From: an uncultured Nitrospiraceae bacterium | Lineage (GTDB): Bacteria > Nitrospirota > Thermodesulfovibrionia > Thermodesulfovibrionales > Dissulfurispiraceae | Reading direction: 5' to 3' | Assembly (NCBI GenBank): GCA_963727805.1 | Contig: CAVSHF010000003.1 | Location: 1,824,001-1,888,000, forward strand | Length of the DNA: 64,000 nucleotides | Part shown: in pieces, positions 51,308 to 62,057 of the stretch | Layout: every line of letters starts with the position of its first letter | Numbering within the stretch: position 1 is the stretch's first letter | Translations under genes and position numbers: made by a program | Notes under the pieces: generated by a model | Told to the model about the DNA's origin: nothing | The model's database searches: none | The model's input: the letters and a program-made list of their open reading frames with translations, nothing else

Positions 51308-52152
51308 TTGACGGATTAAAATGCCTTGCCCTCAGCTTCCTTGCAATTTTTTTTTCCTCCAGCTTAGCGCTAGCTCTGCAGGTGGAGGTCTCACCGGGGG
51401 AACTCTTTCCCGGTGATCCCTTTTTACTCAAGGTATCGGGAGTGGACGCCTCCCAAAGGATAGCCGCCTCGATTGGAGGCAAAGAAATCCCTTTAAGCAG
51501 CTGCGGCGAAGATTGCGTTATCGGCATCGGCGTTGTCGACCCAGACACAAAACCGGGGGATTATGTTGTCTCCACCCAATTCGGCCTACAACAGCTGTCT
51601 ACCACCCTGTCTGTTAAAAAGGCGGAGTATCCTGAGCAGCACCTCACGCTTCCTGAAAAACAGGTGACTCTCAGCCTTGAAGACTTGGAGCGGACTAAAA
51701 AGGAGGCTGAGAAGCTGAAAGAACTCTGGCTGCTAAACACCGAGCGACTCTTCCGGGGAGGGTTCATTATCCCTCTTTCGAACCCTGTCTCTGCCGTATA
51801 TGGCGCGCGGCGCATCTTCAACAATAAAACCATCAGTATTCACGGAGGCATAGATATCAAAGGATCGAAGGGAGAAGAGGTCAGAGCATCCAACCGCGGC
51901 CGGATTGTTCTGGCTGAAAACCTCTTTTTCGGTGGAAATACCGTTATTATTGATCACGGACTCGGCATTTATACTATATATATGCACCTCGATCGGTTTA
52001 AGGCTCTGCATGGACAGATCGTTTCCAAGGGCGATGTCATCGGATTTGTCGGCTCGTCAGGCCGATCAACGGGCCCCCATCTCCATTTCGGCGCAAAGAT
52101 AATGGACGCTAATGCAAACCCTCTTTCGTTAACAAAACTCAAACTCGAATAG
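51304..52152 (+). CDS. M23 family metallopeptidase
   Basis: Signal peptide; HGGID, IDHG.G, Y.HL, GRSTGPHLHF. Confidence 0.92.
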   Translation: MIDGLKCLALSFLAIFFSSSLALALQVEVSPGELFPGDPFLLKVSGVDASQRIAASIGGKEIPLSSCGEDCVIGIGVVDPDTKPGDYVVSTQFGLQQLSTTLSVKKAEYPEQHLTLPEKQVTLSLEDLERTKKEAEKLKELWLLNTERLFRGGFIIPLSNPVSAVYGARRIFNNKTISIHGGIDIKGSKGEEVRASNRGRIVLAENLFFGGNTVIIDHGLGIYTIYMHLDRFKALHGQIVSKGDVIGFVGSSGRSTGPHLHFGAKIMDANANPLSLTKLKLE

Positions 52153-52230
52153 GCAAGCTCGCTTCATCCATCTCAGGAGAGAGCAGGAAGTGTCGGATTG
52201 CTTCTGCCCTCTGACTCCTGTTTTGTCATT

Positions 52231-52293
52231 TGTAGGACAAATGCCTACACTGGTACGTGTAATATCCTACAACAGTAACAAGAAAATCCTACA
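52231..52293. promoter_or_regulatory. Phased transcription-factor binding array upstream of sigma gene
   Basis: Palindrome TGTAGG-N7-CCTACA (52231-52249); CCTACA at 52244, 52266, 52288 (22-bp period). Confidence 0.55.
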
Positions 52294-52399
52294 AAAAAAA
52301 GAGTTTCCTTCCGATATTATTCCTTTTTGCCATCATGTATAGTTTTAGTTACCACATCAATTGCAAATCTACCAAAAATTAATATGAAAGGGAGCAAAC

Positions 52400-54001
52400 A
52401 TGTTCGAACCCGAAATCGCAAAAACCAGCAAGAGGGAAGCACTACCGTTTTCGGTCCGGGAGAAGATAACGAGCATCGAAGATTATGAAGAGATAGAACA
52501 TTTAGAGCTCCTTCAGGAGCGTCGACCTGAAAATGAGGAAGTATTATGGGAGCAGCCATCTGAGATAAGCGAAGAGCATATTGAGATAGCCGAGGAGAAG
52601 AAAGTGCCAGAAGGGGGGAGCGAGTTTGATTCGATGAAGATGTACCTCAAGGCTATTGGGCGAATCCCGCTTTTGACAAAAAAAGAGGAAATTGAGCTTG
52701 CCATGAGGATAGAAAAAGGGAGGGCGAAGATGACCGCCCTCGTCTTTTCACTCCCTTTTTCGTTGCGGAGACTCATATCGTTGGGGAGTAAAGTGGAAAA
52801 AGGCGAAGTTCCCCTCGTCGATGTAATACAAAGCAGTGGAAATGGAGAATCTATAGGACTCGATGAGATGAGAGACTTCTTCGTAGTAACCGAATCTATC
52901 AAGGCGCTTCACCGGCGGAGACGGATCACTAGAAACGGCCAAAGCAGGAAGCCGTTGTACGGATTTTCAGTGTCGAATGGCGTACAGGAACTGATGATAC
53001 CCTGCAGGGAAACTTATGGGAACACTCACCGGCGTATCATCGAAAAGGTACTGGGACTTGGACTTAAAGACGAATTCGTGCACAAATTCTATGATGAGCT
53101 TGTCAAGACTTCAGACGCGATCGAGGAGATCATACGCGAATCTTCCGGGAAGCAGAAATCGCATAGAATCCCTTTAGCCGCGCGCAAATTGATAACAGAA
53201 TACGAAGACAAAATCGGCATCTCCTACCATGAAATGAAGAAATTCATGGGATATTTCGGCGGAATTCTTCGGGAGATCGATGACGCGAAGAATGCGATGA
53301 GCGAAGGGAACCTGAGACTTGTCGTAAGTGTTGCGAAACGTTTTATCGGCAAAGGCTTGAGCTTCGCCGACCTCGTCCAGGAAGGCAACATCGGATTAAT
53401 GAAGGCGATCGACAAATTCGACTACCGGAGAGGCTTCAGATTCAGCACTTATGCGATCTGGTGGATACGTCAGGCGATCAAAAGAGCCCTCGATGATAAG
53501 TCAAGAATGATCAGGGTGCCTGTTACGATCCTTGAAATGACAAAGCACGTATCCAGAATGAAACGGGAAATGACACAGGAATTGTGCGGTGAACCCTCGC
53601 TGGTCGACATCTCATCACGGCTGAAAGTACCTATGGCCAAGCTGGTTTCGACCATGAGGCTTACACGCGAACCACTTTCTCTTGAAACCCCTATAGGAGA
53701 TGACGACGGACACCTGAGCGATTTCATCGAGGACGGCGGCGCCTACAGCCCGCTCAAGGGAATTGTGAGCAAGGATTTGAAACGGCAGATCGAAAAACTG
53801 CTCGTAACGCTCAATCCCAAGGAAGAGCGGATATTGAGGTTAAGGTTCGGAATCGGTAGCGACCACCCATGTTCACTCGAGGAAATCGCTCAGGAATATG
53901 AAGTAACTAGGGAGAGGATCCGCCAGATCGAAACAAAGGCGATCCAGAAATTAAGGGAACCCGCGGTAAGCTGCTGCCTCGAACAGTTTATAGAGAATTA
54001 G
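52400..54001 (+). CDS. RpoD-like (group 2) sigma70 factor lacking a typical region 1.1
   Basis: Region 1.2 MYLKAIG..PLL, NLRLVVSVAK, DLVQEGNIGL, FSTYA.WWIRQAI, region 4 TRERIRQIE.KA. Confidence 0.88.
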   Translation: MFEPEIAKTSKREALPFSVREKITSIEDYEEIEHLELLQERRPENEEVLWEQPSEISEEHIEIAEEKKVPEGGSEFDSMKMYLKAIGRIPLLTKKEEIELAMRIEKGRAKMTALVFSLPFSLRRLISLGSKVEKGEVPLVDVIQSSGNGESIGLDEMRDFFVVTESIKALHRRRRITRNGQSRKPLYGFSVSNGVQELMIPCRETYGNTHRRIIEKVLGLGLKDEFVHKFYDELVKTSDAIEEIIRESSGKQKSHRIPLAARKLITEYEDKIGISYHEMKKFMGYFGGILREIDDAKNAMSEGNLRLVVSVAKRFIGKGLSFADLVQEGNIGLMKAIDKFDYRRGFRFSTYAIWWIRQAIKRALDDKSRMIRVPVTILEMTKHVSRMKREMTQELCGEPSLVDISSRLKVPMAKLVSTMRLTREPLSLETPIGDDDGHLSDFIEDGGAYSPLKGIVSKDLKRQIEKLLVTLNPKEERILRLRFGIGSDHPCSLEEIAQEYEVTRERIRQIETKAIQKLREPAVSCCLEQFIEN

Positions 54002-54034
54002 CTGCAGTGATTAGCGAGTCAAAATTAGATCATT

Positions 54035-54059
54035 GAGGGGCGATATGCCCCTCTTTTTT
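54035..54059 (+). terminator. Rho-independent terminator
   Basis: GAGGGGC-GATAT-GCCCCTC followed by TTTTTT. Confidence 0.85.
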
Positions 54060-54076
54060 GCCACAGTACGTTTATC

Positions 54077-55027
54077 TTATTCCAGCGGTGTTCCGTCCTT
54101 GAGGTCTTCGTAGAACCTTCTGAGGTCAGGGAGTTTCTTTGAGGACATTGCCTTTATTCCGCTCCTTGGGTGTTCGTTCAGAATGCCGGTAATCAAATAT
54201 GGTATATGGTAACCCCATTCCGTGTCAGCCTTAAGCGGGATAAAGATTTCCTGTATTACTTCCAAAATTGGTCTGATGTCAAACTTGGGGTTTTTTAGAA
54301 AGGAAAGTAGAAGCTCAAGGGGGCAATTGCCGGCCCCCCTGCCCATGCCATAAATGGTTGCGTCCAAACGGTTTATGCCAGCGATGATCCCCTCGATAGT
54401 GTTAGCAAAGGCCAATTGCTGATTGTTGTGTGTATGAATGCCAATTTCTTTCCCGGGAAGTGCCTCAAAATATTTCTTTGCGAGGAACTGTATCTGTTCA
54501 GAGTACATTGCACCAAAGCTGTCGACAAGATAGACGACTGGCACTTCGCTCTTGGAGAGGTCTTCCAAAGCCTCGTCAAGATCTCTTTCCAAAACTTTGG
54601 ATACTGCCATAAGATTGATAGTCGTGTCGTATCCCTTTTCCATGCAGTGATGCGCAAGACTTATTCCTTTATCAACCTCTTTTACATAGCAGGCCACCCT
54701 GATCATGTCAAGCACGCTACCACTTTTTGGCGGGACATCATGGTAATCGACACGACCTATATCAGCCATGGCAGATAGTTTCATGCTAGTTTCACAGTCC
54801 CCGATGATCTTCTTCAGATCGTCTTCGGTGCAAAACTTCCAAGCTCCGTTTTCCTCTCTCGAAAAATATTTTTCAGAGGATTTATACCCTATCTCCATAT
54901 AGTCGACGCCCGAATGAGAAAGGGCAAGAAAGACTTTTCGGACAAGATCATTATTGAATTTCCATTTATTTATCAGGCCACCATCCCTGATGGTGCAATC
55001 CAAAACCTTAATCTGAGGCCGATACAT
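54077..55027 (-). CDS. DRE-TIM metallolyase (HMGL-like / 4-hydroxy-2-oxovalerate aldolase-like)
   Basis: LDCTIRDGG, DSFG, GIHTHNN, GMGRGAGN. Confidence 0.85.
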   Translation of the reverse strand: MYRPQIKVLDCTIRDGGLINKWKFNNDLVRKVFLALSHSGVDYMEIGYKSSEKYFSREENGAWKFCTEDDLKKIIGDCETSMKLSAMADIGRVDYHDVPPKSGSVLDMIRVACYVKEVDKGISLAHHCMEKGYDTTINLMAVSKVLERDLDEALEDLSKSEVPVVYLVDSFGAMYSEQIQFLAKKYFEALPGKEIGIHTHNNQQLAFANTIEGIIAGINRLDATIYGMGRGAGNCPLELLLSFLKNPKFDIRPILEVIQEIFIPLKADTEWGYHIPYLITGILNEHPRSGIKAMSSKKLPDLRRFYEDLKDGTPLE

Positions 55028-55175
55028 ATGTTATTCCCTCCCGATTTGATTTTTCGCAAGCAATGGGTAACGTGAAATTATACACAATTTAAGCACATTT
55101 TGGCGAAGCCGAACAGCCTCACAATGCGCTTTTTCCACCGGAGAACGGAATGCTTCAGGTTATAGAATCTGAGTT

Positions 55176-55823
55176 TTACGACTTCAGTTCGGCTGTTTTT
55201 TGGACAAAGCTTTTTGCAAGATCGGCAATAGATTGCCACTGCCCGCTTTGCACAAATTCACGCTTAATAATGGCGGAACCAATCAGTATACAGGATGCCC
55301 CAGCTGCCAAATAATCAGAGAGATTGTCGAGATTAACGCCACCGGCCAGCATGTATTTTATAAAAGGCAGAGGGCCCCTTACTTCCCTGAGGAAGCCGAG
55401 ACCTCCCATCTGGACAAAGGGAAATATCTTTATTATGTCGCCTCCGGCCCTATACGCTCTGTATATCTCTGTCGGCGTGCATGCCCCAGGGATAGACACG
55501 AGCCCCTCCCCTTTGGTGAATTTAATCAATTCCTCATCACAATTGGGGCTGACGAGATATGACGCTCCGGCATGAATTGCTTTTTGCGCGTCTGAAAGTG
55601 TCAGCACAGTGCCTGCACCGACAGTTACCCTGCTATCGGCACTCAATTCCCTGATAACGGATTCCGCTTCAGGGACAGAAAAGGTGATCTCTATATATTT
55701 GATGCCGCCTTCAATACACGCAAGGGCTGCACTATATGCATCCCGGGGTGTAGTCGTGCGCACCGCTACCATCAATTGATGCTTCCCGATATCCTCTAGC
55801 AACGCCAGACATTTTCCCGTCAC
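55176..55823 (-). CDS. eda: KDPG/KHG aldolase
   Basis: GG...IEIT, GAGTV, LVSP, PG..TPTE, KIFP, GGV. Confidence 0.9.
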   Translation of the reverse strand: MTGKCLALLEDIGKHQLMVAVRTTTPRDAYSAALACIEGGIKYIEITFSVPEAESVIRELSADSRVTVGAGTVLTLSDAQKAIHAGASYLVSPNCDEELIKFTKGEGLVSIPGACTPTEIYRAYRAGGDIIKIFPFVQMGGLGFLREVRGPLPFIKYMLAGGVNLDNLSDYLAAGASCILIGSAIIKREFVQSGQWQSIADLAKSFVQKTAELKS

Positions 55824-55890
55824 GTCGAGGCCTCTACGTTTAAAAAGCGTTCTATTTTCATATCATGCAGCCCTCTGCCGGATGTAACCT

Positions 55891-57795
55891 TTAAAATCTT
55901 TTCTCCGTCCACATGTCGGAGGTAAATCTTACGGCCTTATTTCGTCCGGTCTCCTTGGCTTTGTAAAGTGCAACATCGGCGAACTTGATCGCCTCCCAGA
56001 AACCTTGCGTATCCATGGGGAATTCGCTAATTCCGATACTGATGGTCTTCTGGATAAAGCCTCCTGTAGTATGTATCTTGTTCTGTTCTACTGTGATCCT
56101 TATTTTCTCAGCTATCTCCATGGAGTATTCGTTTTCTATGTCCATAAGCAATACCAAGAACTCTTCACCGCCGAATCGAATGACTAGATCGGAACTGCGG
56201 ACGCACCTTTTGATACAAGCAGCGGTCTCTTTCAAGACGATATCTCCGACATCGTGACCGTATCTGTCATTTACCTCTTTAAAGAAGTCCAAATCGCACA
56301 TCAAGAGTGCTAAGCGTGTTGCCCTCCTCAGAATACCCGAAACCACATTATCGGCGGTTTCCTCAAGGAATCTTCTATTATACAGGTCAGTCAAAGCATC
56401 TTTGATGGAAAAATCCTTGAAGGCCTTCATGATTGTTTTTGTACCGAGTACAGGTTGTGCCTCAGAGATATATTCCCGTGCCTTGCTCAATCTTCTCATC
56501 AGTTCGGGTGACGCGGCATCCTTTGTATCGGCAATGATTTGTACTACTCCCCCTACCTGTCCGGCAATAATAATCGGGATACAGAAGTACACATTTTCTT
56601 GCTTGCTTTTGAAGTATTTGCAGATTCCATCGTATTCCATCGAAGAGACACTATGACCTGTTCTTTTTACCCTGCATAAATCGCTGTTAAGAAGGATATC
56701 GGCACCGCAGTGCAAGGCTGCTGTATCTGCACCGGGAGGGTAGACAGGTTTAATTGTATTGTTATACGTCGATATTTCATAAATAATACACTTGTGAAAT
56801 CCTATTTCCTCAGTCATGATAGTCCCGAGGCGAATGTAAATGTCTTCGACGTTCTCATCCTCTTCAATGACCCGTTTAAAAGAGGTCACTACCTTGAACG
56901 CATTCAGGAATCGATTATACTGCTCGGCGAGTTCACCAATCTCATCTTTTGAGATCACCTCTATCTCCCTGGCAAATTCGAGGTCTCTGGCAGAGAAGGC
57001 TTTGAATCTGGAAATTATCGCCCTAATCGGTTTCACAATGTTCTGGGCTATTAAATAGCCGAAGATAATCGAAAGCATTGCCCCGGCGATGAAAGTTAGC
57101 GAAATAAGCAAAAGGGCAACTCTGAACTTATCCTTTATGATGTCTGAAACACTGCCCCATTCCTTGCTCAACCCGACAGAAAGTTTATTAAGAACTCCCA
57201 CAGTGCTTTGAGTAATGGTATCGCATTCTGATAACCGTCCCCTCAGATCACTTGTCATCGCCCCGATTCTTTCCCTTGAATTTACGAATTCGTTCAACAG
57301 ACCTTCCGCGTTTCTTATGCTTGAAATGGCCTGTTCGATTACCTTCCTTTTTGCGGGATCTTCGATAGAGACAAGAGCGAACTCATCGTATAGCTCACCA
57401 GAAGATCGGGAATAGTCCTTTATCTGGCCTCCTGTAAGCAATGTGATCAGAAATGAGCGGCAATCCTCTAACCGAGTTTTGCCCAAATGGTAATACTCAT
57501 TGATTTCCTCGGTGCTGCCGGCGATGGCTATTTTGTGCATCGAAATGTTTGCACCCCCCAATTTTCTCACGCAGCTATTCAAAACCTTCTGTTCAGGAGT
57601 GATTATATCAACCAATTTGGCAGTCTCAGCACCCAGACTGAATATCATCACAAAACCCACAGCCGATGTTGCAACCAGCCAGAAAAGTGTCCCTGCAGAG
57701 AAGAAAAAAAACTTCTTGGTGATTGATACATTGATAAACGCCAAGGTATTGAAGAAATGTCTCAAAAGTAGTTTTATGGTCATTTTGTTCAGCAT
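55891..57795 (-). CDS. Membrane diguanylate cyclase (TM-sensor-TM, HAMP, GAF-like, GGDEF)
   Basis: DALTDLYNRR, DLDFFK.VND.YGH..GD, RSSD I-site, RFGGEEF, AD.ALY.AK..GRN. Confidence 0.9.
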   Translation of the reverse strand: MLNKMTIKLLLRHFFNTLAFINVSITKKFFFFSAGTLFWLVATSAVGFVMIFSLGAETAKLVDIITPEQKVLNSCVRKLGGANISMHKIAIAGSTEEINEYYHLGKTRLEDCRSFLITLLTGGQIKDYSRSSGELYDEFALVSIEDPAKRKVIEQAISSIRNAEGLLNEFVNSRERIGAMTSDLRGRLSECDTITQSTVGVLNKLSVGLSKEWGSVSDIIKDKFRVALLLISLTFIAGAMLSIIFGYLIAQNIVKPIRAIISRFKAFSARDLEFAREIEVISKDEIGELAEQYNRFLNAFKVVTSFKRVIEEDENVEDIYIRLGTIMTEEIGFHKCIIYEISTYNNTIKPVYPPGADTAALHCGADILLNSDLCRVKRTGHSVSSMEYDGICKYFKSKQENVYFCIPIIIAGQVGGVVQIIADTKDAASPELMRRLSKAREYISEAQPVLGTKTIMKAFKDFSIKDALTDLYNRRFLEETADNVVSGILRRATRLALLMCDLDFFKEVNDRYGHDVGDIVLKETAACIKRCVRSSDLVIRFGGEEFLVLLMDIENEYSMEIAEKIRITVEQNKIHTTGGFIQKTISIGISEFPMDTQGFWEAIKFADVALYKAKETGRNKAVRFTSDMWTEKRF

Positions 57796-57938
57796 TGCTC
57801 CATCAAACCCGACTTATGTGTATCCATTAGTTCCGTTTCGTATCGAGCGGTCTTGATTAATATAGCCTAAAACAGACTCCATCGTAAGCATTCTGAGCAG
57901 GTAGCTTACCTCGAATTGCGTACCTCAGTGAATGATCT

Positions 57939-59219
57939 TCATGGAAATTGAGATAAAGCCCCGACGGACACATCCTCCCATTCATATTTTGTAAAGGAGA
58001 CCCACAGTCTGTTTATAATTCCACTCCCCTTGAAACATACAAGCGTGGGGTCGAGATAGATTATATCCGATTTATTATTATTCTCATTAGACTCATCAAT
58101 GAGATGCTGGGGGTTTACAACCGCCCGAAAAGGATGCGGGACTACCTTGGTCATATGGGCTGGATCTTCATTCAAGTAATATACTGGAATTACAACCGTC
58201 TGTTTCCCGCCGGGTGGGATCGCATTTAATCCCACCGTGTTACCCCAGCCAGTACCATGAAGATCCACCACCTGCACGACTGCCTTATTCTGTGCTGGAG
58301 ATGCGATTGATCCGATATTTGAGACGGTCACCTCAAAGGTAAAAATGGGACTGTTCAGTTCGCATTTCCCCCACCCTTTGAAGCTGAATTTCTCTATAAT
58401 GAGGTCCGGCTTGCCCGCTCCCCCCATAATTTTGATCAGGCAGCATGAACAATTATTTGCTTCATTACTCTCTTTTGTCTTATCGCCGGCATCGATTACA
58501 GCGCACAGGAAGTAGTCTCCCGTCGCGATATCTGACGGTATGGTGTTAGGTCCGTCGAGTTTAACCTCCTGCCTTTGCCCCCCGCCCAAAGAGACCTGGC
58601 CGCGTCCGCCCTTCAGAAGGACTCCGCTCGAATAATGAGGCGAATAGACTGCGGTGGGGGTGGGGACCGGACAGGAAAGCTCTTTTTTTAGAACAAGATT
58701 GACCTCGACGTCCTTAACCGCAAGCTCAGAACGATTGACAGCCTCCACCTTGACGAATGAGCCTAGTTCGTGTCCAGGCTTTATTGCCTTGGGACAGTGT
58801 TTAATTTTTACAGTTAGATCAGGAGTAGTCTGATCGCAGGTCACGCTAAAATCCACCTTATTCGACTCGCGTTCCTGTGGATAGACTATGTGTATTGACT
58901 GCCATCCTTCGCATCTTATCTTGCCGGAGGCACATGATATCCCTGTAGCAATAACTTCTTTTATGCCGGGCGTATTGAATTCAAGCGTTTCAACGGGCTG
59001 TATCACTCCGTCGCTCCGGACGAACTTATATTGGACCTTACCTGGTTTGTCCGTCGTTATCGTCCCTTTAAAAGTAATATCGGCGGGGCATGCACCAGAA
59101 TAGGAAGATTTATCAGCATTCAGTGTTGTGGTTATCCCTGCGAGTACCACCCCGGCAGGCAACAAAAAAAACAAGGCACTCATCACGAACATCAACGATC
59201 TTTTCCCCTTAGCAAACAT
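57939..59219 (-). CDS. Secreted protein with CARDB/Ig-like domains
   Basis: Signal peptide after ATG 59219 (GGAGG SD); repeated PDL.....N.G and ESNE.NN motifs. Confidence 0.7.
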   Translation of the reverse strand: MFAKGKRSLMFVMSALFFLLPAGVVLAGITTTLNADKSSYSGACPADITFKGTITTDKPGKVQYKFVRSDGVIQPVETLEFNTPGIKEVIATGISCASGKIRCEGWQSIHIVYPQERESNKVDFSVTCDQTTPDLTVKIKHCPKAIKPGHELGSFVKVEAVNRSELAVKDVEVNLVLKKELSCPVPTPTAVYSPHYSSGVLLKGGRGQVSLGGGQRQEVKLDGPNTIPSDIATGDYFLCAVIDAGDKTKESNEANNCSCCLIKIMGGAGKPDLIIEKFSFKGWGKCELNSPIFTFEVTVSNIGSIASPAQNKAVVQVVDLHGTGWGNTVGLNAIPPGGKQTVVIPVYYLNEDPAHMTKVVPHPFRAVVNPQHLIDESNENNNKSDIIYLDPTLVCFKGSGIINRLWVSFTKYEWEDVSVGALSQFP

Positions 59220-59288
59220 CTCCCCTCCGACCGCCATCTACAGTTATCTATTTTACACTATCCGTTGCTACAGGGGGTAGAAGACAGA

Positions 59289-59310
59289 AGGGCCGGGAAA
59301 TCCCGGCCCT
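59289..59310 (-). terminator. Terminator after glnA
   Basis: AGGGCCGGGA-TT-TCCCGGCCCT followed by pyrimidine-rich tail on minus strand. Confidence 0.75.
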
Positions 59311-59333
59311 GTGCGTATTTGTGACAACTACTA

Positions 59334-60746
59334 TTAGATATCGTAGTAGAGAAAGAATTCGAAAGGATGCGGCCTGAGTCTCAGGGCATCAACCTCTTTC
59401 GTTCTCTTGTAACTGATCCAAGTATCGATAGCATCCTGGGTGAAGACGTTGCCTTTCAGGAGATACTCGTGGTCTTCCTCGAGATTGTCGAGCGCCTCGT
59501 CAAGGCTGCCAGGCATGGTCGGGACTGCTGCAAGCTCCTCGGGACCAAGCTCGTAGATGTCCTTATCAAGCGGCTCTCCGGGGTCCAGCTTATTCTCAAT
59601 ACCATCAAGGCCAGCCATAAGCATTGCGGCAAAAGCAAGGTAGCCGTTGCATGACGGATCAGGGAACCTTACCTCAACCCTCTTGGCCTTGGGGCTCGGC
59701 GAATATGTCGGGATTCTCATTGATGCAGAGCGGTTCCTTGCAGAATATGCGAGATTGACAGGCGCTTCAAAGCCCGGTGTAAGTCTCTTGTAGGAGTTGG
59801 TGGTCGGGTTGGTAATGGCAGCGAGGGATTTTGCATGCTTCAAGATACCGCCGATGTAGTAAAGGGCGATCTCGCTAAGACCTGCATATCCGTTGCCTGC
59901 GAATGTAGGCTTTCCGTTCTTCCAGATGCTCTGGTGACAGTGCATTCCCGAACCGTTGTCGCCGAAAAGGGGCTTAGGCATGAAGGTAACTGTCTTGTCA
60001 TGCCTTCTTGCCACATTCTTTATGATGTACTTAAACATCATAAGCTTATCGGCCATCGTGACGAGAGAGTCGTATCTCATATCGATTTCTGCCTGCCCTG
60101 CAGTGGCGACTTCGTGGTGCTCTCGTTCGACATAGATGCCGCACTTCTGCATCTCCATTACCATCTCGGTCCTGATGTTGACCAGGCTGTCTGTCGGGGG
60201 GACCGGGAAGTATCCCTCTTTGTGTCTCGGCTTGTAGCCGAGATTCGGCCCCTCATCGCGGCCCGAATTCCAGATGCCTTCTTTGGAATCAATGAAGTAG
60301 TAGCCACTGTGCGCGGTCTGATCAAACATGACATCATCAAAGATAAAAAACTCCGCTTCGGGTCCGAAGTATGCAGTATCTCCGATGCCGGTCGACTTAA
60401 GATATGCCTCTGCTTTCTGGGCTATGTATCTGGGGTCTCTCGAATAAAACTCCCTTGTGATCGGATCGACGATGTTACAGATGAGGCTGATGGTGGGATA
60501 CTCCATGAAGGGATCCATAAAAGCGGTCTTTGGATCTGGGATAATCAGCATGTCCGAAGTATGAATCGCCTGCCAACCCCTGATCGAGGAACCATCGAAG
60601 CCGAGTCCTTCCTCGAAAACCTCTTCCTTTAATTCTGCGATGGGTACAGCAAAATGTTGCCAGATTCCAGGGAAATCAAGGAACTTGAAGTTCGCCATGA
60701 CTGCCTTGTTTTCCTGGGCCAATTTAATTACATCTTTTGGTGTCAT
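59334..60746 (-). CDS. glnA: Type I glutamine synthetase
   Basis: [36 protein letters not shown], adenylylation-site KDIY. Start at ATG 60746. Confidence 0.97.
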   Translation of the reverse strand: MTPKDVIKLAQENKAVMANFKFLDFPGIWQHFAVPIAELKEEVFEEGLGFDGSSIRGWQAIHTSDMLIIPDPKTAFMDPFMEYPTISLICNIVDPITREFYSRDPRYIAQKAEAYLKSTGIGDTAYFGPEAEFFIFDDVMFDQTAHSGYYFIDSKEGIWNSGRDEGPNLGYKPRHKEGYFPVPPTDSLVNIRTEMVMEMQKCGIYVEREHHEVATAGQAEIDMRYDSLVTMADKLMMFKYIIKNVARRHDKTVTFMPKPLFGDNGSGMHCHQSIWKNGKPTFAGNGYAGLSEIALYYIGGILKHAKSLAAITNPTTNSYKRLTPGFEAPVNLAYSARNRSASMRIPTYSPSPKAKRVEVRFPDPSCNGYLAFAAMLMAGLDGIENKLDPGEPLDKDIYELGPEELAAVPTMPGSLDEALDNLEEDHEYLLKGNVFTQDAIDTWISYKRTKEVDALRLRPHPFEFFLYYDI

Positions 60747-60861
60747 TGCCTCTCCTCCTTCTTGTGTTTGTTTATTGCTCATTGCCGGTTCATTTGGCAA
60801 TTGCAGAACGATGAATATAGCCTGTCAGTTTATAAATCATCAATCGTCATTCAGAACAATC

Positions 60862-61203
<342 letters not shown>

Positions 61204-61213
61204 TCACCTCCTG

Positions 61214-61909
61214 TTAAGTAGTATGCGTGTTAAAAAATTTTTGATAAAATGCGAAAGCCCTTTTACGATAATCATCGTAGTACCGCCGTGTCTCGGCCCT
61301 CAGATTGTTCATATCAGTTTTCTCGCCGGACATCCAATCATATATTATCTGTTCGGTAACTTCAATATGGAACTGGAAGGCATAGCCCCTCCCATACTTG
61401 AATGCCTGATTAGGATAGAGATCGGAAAAGGCGAGACGTGAGGCCCCTTGGGGAATGTCAAAGGTCTCCCCATGCCAATGGAACACCTTGGACTTCTTCC
61501 ATATTGCGCCGGAATCGGGATGGCTGGCCATCATAATCATCAGTGAGTCACGCAATCCTTGTTCACACAGGGTGATATCAAGCCACCCAACTTCAGGCCC
61601 TGGACCCTTGTAGACCTTCGCACCAAAAGCCTTGGCCATTATCTGCGCTCCCAAGCAAACACCCAGCATTTTCTTTCCGACCAAGGCGAAGTCCCTCACC
61701 AGTTCCTCTTCTTTCCTGATGTAAGATATATCGTCGTTAACGCTCATTGGACCGCCGAGCATTATAAGCGTGTCAAAGGAGGTCGCATCGGGCAGAGACG
61801 CTCCCTTGCAGAGATCGATAATAGTATAGGGAATTTCCTTCAGACGAAGGTAATCCTCAATGGTACCGGGACCCTCGGTGCTTATATTCTTGCAGATGAG
61901 AACAGACAT
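61214..61909 (-). CDS. Class I glutamine amidotransferase-like protein
   Basis: LGGPMS, GVCLGAQ (Cys nucleophile), HWHGETF, QFHIE. Confidence 0.88.
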   Translation of the reverse strand: MSVLICKNISTEGPGTIEDYLRLKEIPYTIIDLCKGASLPDATSFDTLIMLGGPMSVNDDISYIRKEEELVRDFALVGKKMLGVCLGAQIMAKAFGAKVYKGPGPEVGWLDITLCEQGLRDSLMIMMASHPDSGAIWKKSKVFHWHGETFDIPQGASRLAFSDLYPNQAFKYGRGYAFQFHIEVTEQIIYDWMSGEKTDMNNLRAETRRYYDDYRKRAFAFYQKFFNTHTT

Positions 61910-61923
61910 AGATATATCATAGC

Positions 61924-61940
61924 AGCAACTACTGTACCAG
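61924..61940 (-). promoter_or_regulatory. sigma54 (-24/-12) promoter for GATase-glnB-glnA
   Basis: CTGGTACAGTAGTTGCT (GG-N10-GC). Confidence 0.75.
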
Positions 61941-61983
61941 AAAAGGGGGTGTTGAAAAGTAAGGTTATTTTAGAAAGAACAGA

Positions 61984-62014
61984 CAGCCACTGCCTGTTTT
62001 TATGGCAGCGGCTG
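61984..62014 (-). terminator. Terminator after amtB
   Basis: Arms CAGCCGCTGCC / GGCAGTGGCTG on minus strand, followed by T-rich tail. Confidence 0.65.
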
Positions 62015-62057
62015 CCCACAAAATAATCACTCATTAGTAATCGCTGAACAGATCAAT

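Noticed and set aside
60747..60861. Glutamine (glnA) riboswitch in the glnB-glnA spacer
   Set aside because: Has ATCGTTC and GAAGGA but lacks the GGAAGTA E-loop and closing GAACG; only a simple hairpin.
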